In this document: positions 9,041-17,042 of the stretch, in pieces
Position numbering within the stretch: position 1 is the stretch's first letter
Layout: each line of letters starts with the position of its first letter
From: an uncultured Leptospirales bacterium
Lineage (GTDB): Bacteria > Spirochaetota > UBA4802 > UBA5550
Assembly: GCA_964654045.1 (NCBI GenBank)
Contig: CAZZHU010000007.1
Coordinates: 1 to 50,109, forward strand
Length of the DNA stretch: 50,109 nt
Reading direction: 5' to 3'
The notes under the pieces: model-generated
Databases searched by the model: none
What the model was told of the DNA's origin: nothing
The model's input: the letters and a program-made list of their open reading frames with translations, nothing else
Translations under genes and position numbers: made by a program

Positions 9041-9176
9041 GAATACTTACCCGGCTGGGTCCCAGTCAAAAGTATGATGTTTTTTACATTATATATGAGG
9101 TAAAAAACTTGACACGGTATCTCGGTCTCCCCTGATAGAAGCGATTGAAATTGGAACATATGCTCAGGATACGCCC

Positions 9177-10388
9177 ATGAAATTCTCAGACAGGATACTT
9201 CAGGTAAAACCATCACCGACCCTTGAGGTCAACGCCCTGGCCAATGCCCTCAAGGCTAAAGGGATTGACGTCATCGGGTTCGGCACCGGCGAACCGGACT
9301 TTGACACTCCCGATCACATAAAGGCGGCGGCCATCCGCGCCATCGAATCGGGAAAGACAAAATACACCCCGTCAGGGGGGATCCCTGAGCTTAAAAAGGC
9401 GATCATAGAAAAATTCAAGCGGGACAACAACCTTGAGTATAAGCCGTCGGAGGTTATTGTCAATTCAGGCGGCAAACACTCCTTTTACAACCTGATGCAG
9501 GTGCTCCTGAACCGGGGAGACGAAGTGATCATCCCGGCGCCTTACTGGGTGTCCTATCCGCCCATGACCACGCTGGCCGACGGCACTCCGGTCATCATCG
9601 ACACGGCCGAGGAAGGGGGCTTCAAGATGACCCCGGACCTGCTCGACAGGGCTATCACCCCGCAGACCAGGGCCATTGTCATCAACTCTCCCTCGAACCC
9701 GACGGGGTCAGCTTACACGAAGAAGGACATCCAGGCCATCGCAGAAGTGGTGGGCGACCGCGATATCCTCCTCATATCGGACGACATGTATGAATCCATT
9801 CTCTATGACGGGTTCGAGTTCTACAACATCGCCAACGTGTCAGATAAAATGAAGCAGAAGACGATCGTGATGAACGGCGTGTCCAAGGCCTATTCCATGA
9901 CAGGCTGGCGTATCGGCTATATGGCCGGCGACGCCGCGATCATGGCGCAGGTGGACACGCTCCAGAGCCAGTCCACGTCAAACCCCACGTCCATATCCCA
10001 GTGGGCGGCCGTCGAGGCCCTCAATGGCGAACAGAAGCCCGTGCGGGACATGGTCGAGGCTTTCGCCCGCCGTCGGGCGATCATCGTCGAAGCACTCAAC
10101 AGCATACCGGGATTCACCTGCCTGAGCCCCAATGGCGCCTTTTACGCGTTCCCGGGTGTGGAGAAGGTCTACTCGATGAAGGGCTGGCGGGATATCGCGG
10201 GACAGTATAAGAGCGAATTCAATTCATCCAGGCTCACCTCTTACCTTCTCGAGGAGGCAAAAGTGGCGGTTGTGCCGGGCATCGCCTTCGGTTCGGACAA
10301 GCATATCCGGCTCTCCTTTGCGACGTCGGATAAAAATATCGTTGAAGGTGTCCGGCGGATCGATGAAGCGGTGCGGAAGCTCGCCTGA
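9177..10388 (+). CDS. pyridoxal-phosphate-dependent aspartate aminotransferase (class I)
   Basis: NSPSNPTG, the SKAYSMTGWRIGY PLP-lysine motif, and length of 403 aa. Confidence 0.9.
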   Translation: MKFSDRILQVKPSPTLEVNALANALKAKGIDVIGFGTGEPDFDTPDHIKAAAIRAIESGKTKYTPSGGIPELKKAIIEKFKRDNNLEYKPSEVIVNSGGKHSFYNLMQVLLNRGDEVIIPAPYWVSYPPMTTLADGTPVIIDTAEEGGFKMTPDLLDRAITPQTRAIVINSPSNPTGSAYTKKDIQAIAEVVGDRDILLISDDMYESILYDGFEFYNIANVSDKMKQKTIVMNGVSKAYSMTGWRIGYMAGDAAIMAQVDTLQSQSTSNPTSISQWAAVEALNGEQKPVRDMVEAFARRRAIIVEALNSIPGFTCLSPNGAFYAFPGVEKVYSMKGWRDIAGQYKSEFNSSRLTSYLLEEAKVAVVPGIAFGSDKHIRLSFATSDKNIVEGVRRIDEAVRKLA

Positions 10389-10393
10389 GGGCA

Positions 10394-10813
10394 TCAGCCG
10401 ATACTGTCGAAAAAGAGGCCCTCGCCTTCCTGAATGTGCTTGATGAGATCCGCGAATTCCTGGTGGGTGATATTTTTCCTCTTTACCTCGGCGACGTTGC
10501 CGTTGCCGTCCAGCCTGACCAGATTGATAAAGGTATCTTTCTCCTCCTGGTATATGTAAAACCGGTAGGGTGAATTTCTTTTTTCAAGCTCGTTATTAGC
10601 CTGGTCCGCGGCGATCTTCAGGCTCCCGAAGTGCTTCCCCGCTTCGTCAGGAAGCTCCTCTTTTTTGCCATGACCCCCCTCCCTTCTTTTCGCGTCAGGT
10701 TCAACCAGGGGATCGCGCGACCCGATCAGGTCTGACTTGTTGATTTTCTCAAGGTTTGAGGCCATCGCTTTATCCGATAGTTTTGTCAGTTCAAAATAGG
10801 GGTACAGATCCAT
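10394..10813 (-). CDS. FlaG-like flagellar protein
   Basis: C-terminal RFYIYQEEKDTFINLVRLDGNGNVAEVKRKNITHQEFADLIKHIQEGEGLFFDSIG parallels the FlaG family C-terminus (LKFELHE...VQIVD..T.EV.R.IP....L......GLFVD). By-eye only. Confidence 0.45.
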   Translation of the reverse strand: MDLYPYFELTKLSDKAMASNLEKINKSDLIGSRDPLVEPDAKRREGGHGKKEELPDEAGKHFGSLKIAADQANNELEKRNSPYRFYIYQEEKDTFINLVRLDGNGNVAEVKRKNITHQEFADLIKHIQEGEGLFFDSIG

Positions 10814-10957
10814 TATGTACCTTCCTTTGCTGATTTTCCACTATTAATATCGGCATTTGAGGCACTAAAAATAAGGGGACATGATTACTTGAATTCTCAT
10901 TATAAAACACAATTATTGATGTTTTCTTCATAATTTAATGTGAAACGAATGACAAAT

Positions 10958-10992
10958 CCCCTGTCTCCTTGAGGGGGTGAGGTCTTATCCTC
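10958..10992 (+). repeat. solo fragment of family B repeat (3' module)
   Basis: cccct-gtctccttg-agggg hairpin followed by gggtgaggtctta (10975-10987). This 13-mer is identical to the 3' end of the element at 18779-18791. Confidence 0.4.
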
Positions 10993-11005
10993 ATCCGAAT
11001 TATCT

Positions 11006-11034
11006 TTGACAATTCTTCTAATGAAGCATACCAT
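11006..11034 (+). promoter_or_regulatory. sigma70-like promoter candidate TTGACA-N17-TACCAT
   Basis: TTGACA at 11006-11011 and taccat at 11029-11034, about 55 nt upstream of the ATG at 11090. Confidence 0.35.
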
Positions 11035-11089
11035 GTATGACAACATCTGAAGTCTCCAACTCGGACATTTTCTTTCACGGAAGGCTGTC

Positions 11090-12460
11090 ATGAAAAGAAT
11101 ATCTATCACTATTATACTGGCGTTTATCATTGCCGCAACCCACGGGGCAATGGCCGGTGAACGGGAAGACCGCCTGCTCAATTCGCTGATGAAGGAAACC
11201 TTCATCCCCGAAAAAAGAAAAATCGCCGAGGAACTGGGGCGCCTCGGGACAACCGACGCCAGGACAAAACTGCTCGGGCTTCTTGAGGACAGGTCAGCGT
11301 GGAACCGCATAGCGGCGGTCAAGGGCCTCTTTGCCCTTCCCGACACCAGCGCCGGACCGGAACTTTTCAACCGGATGCTGTCAGATCACATGGTCGATGA
11401 CGATGTTACAAAAGGATTCACTTCCCATATCGGCGCCTATTACGGATTCCTGACCGAGAAGTACCGCACCCTGGCCGACCAGAAAGGCAGGGAACGGATC
11501 ATCAGGATCATCAGTTCATCGAAAACGCCCCGGGGAGAAACCTTACTGAAAGGCATCATCGAAGACAGCGGGTCTCCAGACCGCGAGTGCGCCTTCAGGA
11601 ACCTTATCGCCCATTACCCCGCAGGCAACTACCAGTACATCAAGAACCACCGGGATACCGGCATATTCAGGGCGCATGCCCTGACGCACCTTGTTGAAAA
11701 CGGAACGGCCGAAGAGCTGGTGATTTTCAAGGACATACTCGAAAAGCGGGAAGAAGCAAAATACCGCCTCATCGCCTACAAGGCAGTCAACAAATGGGGA
11801 GACGACACGTTCAAGCACCGGGTATTCATTGAATCTCTCAGGGAAAGCGACGAGAACCTGGCCCAGGGCGGCATGTATGTTTTTACCGGGGTCATCTCCG
11901 GGGCCGTCAAAACCGAGCTCTGCCGGATCGTAAAAAAGGGGACCTACCAGATTACCCGCATGACAGCCGCATTGAGGTTGAGAGAGTACACAACACCGGA
12001 TATTATACCCGCAATGGTAATTATTCTGCGGGAAAACTATATCCGGAGGGAGCGCGGCGGCGCTGACATCTTTGCGACCATCATCACCCTGGGAATTGCT
12101 TCCGTATTCGACGATATCAGCCAGAAGCGCCGGCGTTCGTCATTCGATACCGGCAAGCAGGAAATCGCCGGTCACCTGAAAAAAATAACCGGCGCCGACA
12201 ACGGCGTCTCCTACGGCCGCTGGTACGAATGGGCCGTCCTGAACGGCCATACCATCTGGGGTGATAATATCATACGGCAGCTCTTCTCCGGTTACCGGTC
12301 GAGAAGGCAAAAAGCGGTGGAACATTCATTTAAACTCCTCGGCTATGCATCGGGAAGGGATTTTTACAGCAGGAACGGTAATTTCGCCAGCGATACGGAG
12401 CTGTCCCTGGCGCTGGCGAAGATGCTCATCGCGAAGGGATTTCTGAAGGATGAGGAATGA
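11090..12460 (+). CDS. secreted HEAT/PBS-lyase-like repeat protein (hypothetical)
   Basis: Signal peptide MKRISITIILAFIIAATHGAMA. EELGRLGTTDARTKLLGLLEDRSAWNRIAAVKGL resembles HEAT_2 repeats. Confidence 0.6.
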   Translation: MKRISITIILAFIIAATHGAMAGEREDRLLNSLMKETFIPEKRKIAEELGRLGTTDARTKLLGLLEDRSAWNRIAAVKGLFALPDTSAGPELFNRMLSDHMVDDDVTKGFTSHIGAYYGFLTEKYRTLADQKGRERIIRIISSSKTPRGETLLKGIIEDSGSPDRECAFRNLIAHYPAGNYQYIKNHRDTGIFRAHALTHLVENGTAEELVIFKDILEKREEAKYRLIAYKAVNKWGDDTFKHRVFIESLRESDENLAQGGMYVFTGVISGAVKTELCRIVKKGTYQITRMTAALRLREYTTPDIIPAMVIILRENYIRRERGGADIFATIITLGIASVFDDISQKRRRSSFDTGKQEIAGHLKKITGADNGVSYGRWYEWAVLNGHTIWGDNIIRQLFSGYRSRRQKAVEHSFKLLGYASGRDFYSRNGNFASDTELSLALAKMLIAKGFLKDEE

Positions 12461-12464
12461 TAAT

Positions 12465-12504
12465 GAAATTGAAGGCGGGGTCACGTGACCCCGCCTTCAA
12501 TTTC
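12465..12504. terminator. bidirectional hairpin between convergent genes
   Basis: gaaattgaaggcggggtcac|gtgaccccgccttcaatttc is a perfect palindrome of about 40 nt. It has short T stretches on both sides and overlaps the M23 peptidase stop codon. Confidence 0.55.
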
Positions 12505-13507
12505 ACCGCAGATATGCCTCAGGGTCGCAGGAGAAGCCTCCCCGGCGCACTTCAAAATGCAGATGCGCCCCGGTGGCGTTCCCGGTCCTGCCCACGGTGC
12601 CGATGACCTCGCCGCGCCGGACCTTCCGGCCTTTCTCCACCATGATTTCCGACAGGTGGCCGTAATAGGTTGACAGCTCTTTCTCGTGCTCGATGATGAC
12701 CAGCTTTCCGTAGCCGTTCCTGAGGTACTCCGCTTTCACAACGGTCCCGTCGGCCGACGCCCTGACCGGCGCGCCCTCCCTCGCCGCTATATCCAGGCCC
12801 CCGTGGAACGATTCCCTCCGCTTCGTCACGGGATGGACCCGGTATCCGTACCGGCTCGTTATCCTGCCGGCCAGGGGCGCGCTGAAATCCCGCCCCTTCT
12901 TTTCCCTGTCAAAGGTGCTGTAATCCTCTTTGCGGTCAGGCTTCTTCTTCTGCAAAAACGCCCCGAAGACCCAGCCTTCATCGCCGCTGTCCCGCCGCAC
13001 CAGGACCCAGGGGGCCTCGACATCCCGTATCGAGTCAATCCGTTCAGTCTGTGCGACCACCTCGACTTTCTCACGGAAATCGAGGCGCCCGGCCGTAGCG
13101 CTCCCGGCGCTCCCTTCCGACCTCATGACGACGCCCTCGCCGTTTACGTAAGCGAATTCCCGCGGCGGGATTTTCTTCCGTGAATGAAAGTGATCCATGC
13201 GTTCAATCTCTTCGATGAAGTCAATATCGACGGGATCATCGATGCGGATCCTGTTATCGGTGTTCAGCCGTTTGTTGATTTCATCCTTGAAAGCGCCGAG
13301 CTTTCTTTTTATGCCCTCAATGCGCGCCAGGTCCGCCGCATGATGCCGGTCCACGGTCTCTTTGTCCGCGGCGTATCTCTTTTTCACGATCCCCTGGCCC
13401 GAAAGCCCGGGACCGGCCAGGACCGCGGAAAGGAGAATAATGACGGTGAATAGATTGAAACCCTTAAACATACGCATCCCTCCCGTCACCATTCCAATGA
13501 TTCCCAT
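12503..13507 (-). CDS. M23 family metallopeptidase with SH3-like domain
   Basis: HGGLDIAA...YGHLSEI...GNATGAHLHFEV is the LytM/M23 signature. N-terminal hydrophobic anchor. Start is ambiguous among several Met between 13471 and 13507. Confidence 0.85.
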   Translation of the reverse strand: MGIIGMVTGGMRMFKGFNLFTVIILLSAVLAGPGLSGQGIVKKRYAADKETVDRHHAADLARIEGIKRKLGAFKDEINKRLNTDNRIRIDDPVDIDFIEEIERMDHFHSRKKIPPREFAYVNGEGVVMRSEGSAGSATAGRLDFREKVEVVAQTERIDSIRDVEAPWVLVRRDSGDEGWVFGAFLQKKKPDRKEDYSTFDREKKGRDFSAPLAGRITSRYGYRVHPVTKRRESFHGGLDIAAREGAPVRASADGTVVKAEYLRNGYGKLVIIEHEKELSTYYGHLSEIMVEKGRKVRRGEVIGTVGRTGNATGAHLHFEVRRGGFSCDPEAYLR

Positions 13508-13577
13508 TGTCTTTATCCGGCCTCCGGCCGGACAGCGGAGCGCATCTGACGGCCGGGACCACCGGTTTTATCCTGTA

Positions 13578-13610
13578 CCAAAAAACAGTGCCGGGGCTGC
13601 CGGCACTGTT
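13578..13610 (-). terminator. rho-independent terminator of small lipoprotein gene 1
   Basis: Stem aacagtgccgg (13584-13594) / ccggcactgtt (13600-13610), followed on the minus strand by TTTTT. Confidence 0.7.
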
Positions 13611-13662
13611 TCTGACATCTGGATTACGATACCCAGATGGCTTTTCTGTACGGTCGCCCCTT

Positions 13663-13902
13663 CTATTTGGCACCGTATTCCTTCGCGCATTTATCAATAC
13701 ATTTCTGTGCAACAGCGTCGCAAGCGGCTTTTTTCGTTTCGTTGACCTTCCCCTGCTTGTCTTTGGCCAGCTTGTCAACACATTGTTTTTTTGCCGTCTC
13801 GCATGCCTTATCGCATGATTCCCGTTTTACATTGACGCTTTTGCATGATATCATGCCCATTGTGAATAATACAGCCACTGCGATTATCAGTACTTTTTTC
13901 AT
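13663..13902 (-). CDS. small lysine-rich, cysteine-rich lipoprotein (paralog 1)
   Basis: MKKVLIIAVAVLFTMGMISC lipobox; mature part has C-x3-C-x6-C ... C-x6-C-x3-C. Strong RBS aaaggagg and its own terminator. Closely similar to the ORF at 14182-14418. Confidence 0.75.
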   Translation of the reverse strand: MKKVLIIAVAVLFTMGMISCKSVNVKRESCDKACETAKKQCVDKLAKDKQGKVNETKKAACDAVAQKCIDKCAKEYGAK

Positions 13903-14100
13903 CGAATCCTCCTTTCTGTTTTTTTCAAGTATTGTTGTTCAAATTATGATTCCCGGAGTAAAACCTTTTGCATTCCTGTTGGGATGCCCGGAATCTTATA
14001 CGATAATTTCACAACATGTAGAGTATTATAACAACACCCGGTATAATGCAATAATTTTTTTATTATTCCCGGCAAGTCTGCCACCGCTACATTTCCTCCT

Positions 14101-14138
14101 AAAAAAAGCAGTGCCGCTTTTACCGGCACTGCTTTTTT
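14101..14138 (-). terminator. rho-independent (bidirectional) terminator of small lipoprotein gene 2
   Basis: aaaaaa-agcagtgccg-cttttac-cggcactgct-ttttt read directly. Confidence 0.75.
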
Positions 14139-14181
14139 AGAATTAGATTTCGCATTACAACTGCGTGCTGTTATTACAATC

Positions 14182-14418
14182 CTACTTGGCACCATACTTC
14201 TTCGCGCACTCATTAATGCATTTCTGCGCAGCAGCATCGCATGCCGCTTTTTTAGCTGCGGGAATGTTTCCCTTTTTGTCTTTTGCTTTATCATAGCATT
14301 CTTTTTTAGCTGTTTCGCAGCCCTTGTCGCATGATTCCCGTTTTACATTGACGCTTTTGCATGATATCATGCTCATCATGAATACTGCCGCCATAGTGGT
14401 TATTATGATTTTTTTCAT
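14182..14418 (-). CDS. small lysine-rich, cysteine-rich lipoprotein (paralog 2)
   Basis: MKKIIITTMAAVFMMSMISC lipobox. KSVNVKRESCDK is identical to paralog 1, with the same Cys spacing. RBS aaggagg. Confidence 0.75.
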   Translation of the reverse strand: MKKIIITTMAAVFMMSMISCKSVNVKRESCDKGCETAKKECYDKAKDKKGNIPAAKKAACDAAAQKCINECAKKYGAK

Positions 14419-14449
14419 TTACTCCTCCTTTTGATTTTTTCCTGGATAT

Positions 14450-14478
14450 TTTATAAAATAAGGTTTTAATTTTTGCAA
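14450..14478 (-). promoter_or_regulatory. sigma70-like promoter candidate TTGCAA-N17-TATAAA
   Basis: ttgcaa at 14473-14478 and reverse complement of tttata at 14450-14455, about 30 nt upstream of the ATG at 14418. Confidence 0.4.
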
Positions 14479-14577
14479 CAATTTTTTTATCATCATTGTA
14501 GAATTCAAATTTTTATAGATTTCCTGCTGCATTGATCAATAGACTTCAGTGCAACAGCTTCCCGGCTGAACCATTCA

Positions 14578-15567
14578 TTAAATAATTTCATTAACCGAAA
14601 TTCTTCCCGGGAAACGGGCCCCCACCTGCGCCACAACCTTCGACGAAACATAACTTCCGATTTTTCCGCACCGCTCCGGGCTGAAACCATGCGCAAGACC
14701 GTATAACACTCCGGCCGCGTACATGTCGCCGGCGCCATTGGTATTCACCAGGGCTGTCCTGTAAGCCGGGATGCGGTAGACCTCTCCGGCGCTTTTTATG
14801 ATACTCCCCTCGGAGCCGAGCTTGACCACGGCAAAATCGCAGTACCGTCCGATCTGGTCCAGCGCGTCGCGGCTCTCCCTGCCGGTATAGGCCCTGGCTT
14901 CATCCTCGTTGACGAACAGTATATTGGCGTACTCATGGATCACCTGGTCGAATACCGGCTTGATCCTCCCTATCAGGCCGGGGTCTGACAGGTCTAATGA
15001 CACGAGGACATTGTTATTTCGCGCCGCTTCCAGCGCTGCCATGCACGCCTCCCGCAGGCCCGGCGGCTCGAAGAGATATCCTTCAAGATGGATGATCTTG
15101 CTGTTGCTGATATGGCTGTGGCTTACATCGTCCCTGGTGAGCTGGAGCGCCGCTCCCAGGTGCGTGGCGAAGGTCCTCTCCGAATCGGGCGTGATAAAGG
15201 TTATGGCGTGGCCGGTCATGCTGTCATGCCTGCCGATTTCCGTCTTGACCCCGCTCAGTTCCGTGTCCTCGATGTAGCGGTCGCCATGGGAATCGCTGCC
15301 CACCTTGCCCAGGAAAATGCCCTTTCCTCCCAGGACCGATATGCCGGCCAGGGTGTTGGCCGAGCTCCCGCCCGGCGTGATCACCATCGGCTTCCCCGCC
15401 AGGCCTGACTGGATCTCCCTGCTGCGGTCAGCGTCAATGAGAAGCATTTCCCCTTTTATGAGTCCCAGCCCGGCAAGGTCATCATCGTTCACCATCACGG
15501 TGAAATCCAGCAGGGCGGAACCCATGCCCAGTACGTCATATTCAGCGCTTTTATTCAATATGTTCAT
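14578..15567 (-). CDS. PfkB-family carbohydrate/adenosine kinase
   Basis: GGSSANT near the N-terminus and the TNGAGDMYAAG ATP-binding motif near the C-terminus. Confidence 0.85.
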   Translation of the reverse strand: MNILNKSAEYDVLGMGSALLDFTVMVNDDDLAGLGLIKGEMLLIDADRSREIQSGLAGKPMVITPGGSSANTLAGISVLGGKGIFLGKVGSDSHGDRYIEDTELSGVKTEIGRHDSMTGHAITFITPDSERTFATHLGAALQLTRDDVSHSHISNSKIIHLEGYLFEPPGLREACMAALEAARNNNVLVSLDLSDPGLIGRIKPVFDQVIHEYANILFVNEDEARAYTGRESRDALDQIGRYCDFAVVKLGSEGSIIKSAGEVYRIPAYRTALVNTNGAGDMYAAGVLYGLAHGFSPERCGKIGSYVSSKVVAQVGARFPGRISVNEII

Positions 15568-15593
15568 TATTCGATTCTCGTTATCTATCCCTA

Positions 15594-15986
15594 TTAATTT
15601 TCCGGTTTGCCGTCAGTCTTATTTTCCGGTTTTACCATTCTTTTCAGGCCAGTCTTGCGCACCACATAATGGAGAACGGCATGATCACTCGTGACTTCAA
15701 TTTTTTCCGTTTTTCCGTCTTTATCCGGAGCCACCGATTCATTGAACGTTTCTTTTATGTAGTAATAGGCGCTCAACAATGCCGCCCTCTTTGATGATTC
15801 GATCTTCTGTATGCCCTTCAACCCATCCAGCGGATATCCGCGGCACACTATTTTGTATGTATTGTCATCGATAAATCCCCTGCTGATGAGCGACTCCCGG
15901 GGTCCCCCGCTTGTAACGCCTGCCTGGTCACAGCCTGCTACGACCGCCACGAACACCATTAAAACCAACAGCGATTTGATTTTCAT
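15594..15986 (-). CDS. hypothetical lipoprotein
   Basis: MKIKSLLVLMVFVAVVAGC is a signal peptide plus lipobox. No function recognised. Confidence 0.65.
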   Translation of the reverse strand: MKIKSLLVLMVFVAVVAGCDQAGVTSGGPRESLISRGFIDDNTYKIVCRGYPLDGLKGIQKIESSKRAALLSAYYYIKETFNESVAPDKDGKTEKIEVTSDHAVLHYVVRKTGLKRMVKPENKTDGKPEN

Positions 15987-16336
15987 TTATATCCTCCTCT
16001 ATAGATAATACGATGGGCTGATATCACCTGTTTAATACCAATAGCCTGACCACCCGAGCGCCAGAAAAATGAGCTGAACGACCGAGGACTGCCTGAGTCT
16101 TCATCTTCTATCCTGTAACGCAGGCTGTGAGGCTTTTTTCTGGCGCATCACAGTTACGGAAAAACTTATATCGGGATAGGCTCCAGGCGGAATCGGACAA
16201 GATTTAAAATCATCTAACAGGAATCACAATATCAAATCGCCCCGCCCGAGTCAAGTAAATGGAAAAAATGTATTGATTAATTTACGCCTCATCTCATTCA
16301 GTATCACCAGCATGCCCTTCAAAGAGGCGTTGCGCA

Positions 16337-17041
16337 ATGCGCACCGGAGGCTTTATCATCAAAGCGGTTTTATTCGATATCGACGGCACCCTTCTCAAGT
16401 GCTTCGGCGCGGGAAAGAAGTCGCTCATCGAGGCGTGCCGGGAGGTATTCGGCACGGTGGGGTCCATGCACGCCGTAGATTTCCAGGGCAAAACCGACCC
16501 CCTCATCCTCCTCGAATCCCTGGGCATTATGGGCTACCGGGAGGAGGACATACACCGTAACATCGACAAGCTGAAAAGCCGCTATTTCGAGCACCTGAGG
16601 ACGAACATCTACGACAGCTCCTCGGTCCTGCTGCCGGGCGTGGAGGAACTCCTCGTGCGTCTCTCCGGCAGCGACTCGGTCATGGTGGGACTCCTGACAG
16701 GCAACTTCAGGGAAAGCGCCCGCATCAAGCTTGACCGCTTCAACCTGAACCGTTTCTTCACCTTCGGCGTCTTCGGTGACGACGCCTCGTACCGAAACGA
16801 CATGCCTCCCATAGCCCGCTCCCTCATCCGGGAAAGTTTCAATATCGATGTGCCGTTTCACAACATCATCATCATTGGCGACACGGTGCACGATATCGCC
16901 TGCGCCAAATCGTCCGGCGCGGTTTCCATCTCGGTCGGCACCGGCTGGGTCGACCGGAAGGTGCTCCTCGCACTTGACCCCGATCATTTTTTTGAGGACC
17001 TGAGCGACGTCGACGGCGTCATGAAAGCCATCCTCGGCTGA
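16337..17041 (+). CDS. HAD-superfamily hydrolase (phosphoglycolate-phosphatase-like)
   Basis: LFDIDGTLL motif I, LTGN motif II region, and GDTVHDI motif IV. Confidence 0.8.
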   Translation: MRTGGFIIKAVLFDIDGTLLKCFGAGKKSLIEACREVFGTVGSMHAVDFQGKTDPLILLESLGIMGYREEDIHRNIDKLKSRYFEHLRTNIYDSSSVLLPGVEELLVRLSGSDSVMVGLLTGNFRESARIKLDRFNLNRFFTFGVFGDDASYRNDMPPIARSLIRESFNIDVPFHNIIIIGDTVHDIACAKSSGAVSISVGTGWVDRKVLLALDPDHFFEDLSDVDGVMKAILG

Positions 17042-17042
17042 A

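Noticed and set aside
8400-9180. Known housekeeping ncRNAs (tmRNA, RNase P RNA, SRP RNA, tRNA) in the large intergenic gaps (also 16000-16336, 36000-36310, 45872-46258)
   Set aside because: I could not find the conserved cores by eye: GAGGAAAGUCC for RNase P, GGAAG/AGCAG SRP helix-8 motifs, the tmRNA tag ORF and CCA-proximal acceptor, and the GTTCGAATC T-loop for tRNAs. A covariance-model scan is still needed to be sure.
8426-9216. Track ORFs 8426-8749, 8524-8754, 8527-8721 and 8965-9216 in the large intergenic region
   Set aside because: They are read through GC-rich palindromic repeats on both strands, giving low-complexity Pro/Gly/Arg/Ser products. They overlap each other mutually and have no RBS. 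These are typical repeat-derived artefacts.
10900-11370. 156-aa minus-strand ORF overlapping the promoter and 5' end of the HEAT-repeat gene
   Set aside because: It overlaps a plus-strand gene that has a signal peptide and promoter. Its translation is Ser/Arg-rich with no motif or RBS.
13637-14294. Track ORFs 13637-14140 (+) and 13944-14294 (-) spanning the small-lipoprotein cassette
   Set aside because: They run across terminator hairpins and AT-rich promoter DNA, and lie antisense or overlapping to the well-supported 78-79 aa lipoprotein genes with strong RBS. The hydrophobic low-complexity translation comes from AT-rich sequence.
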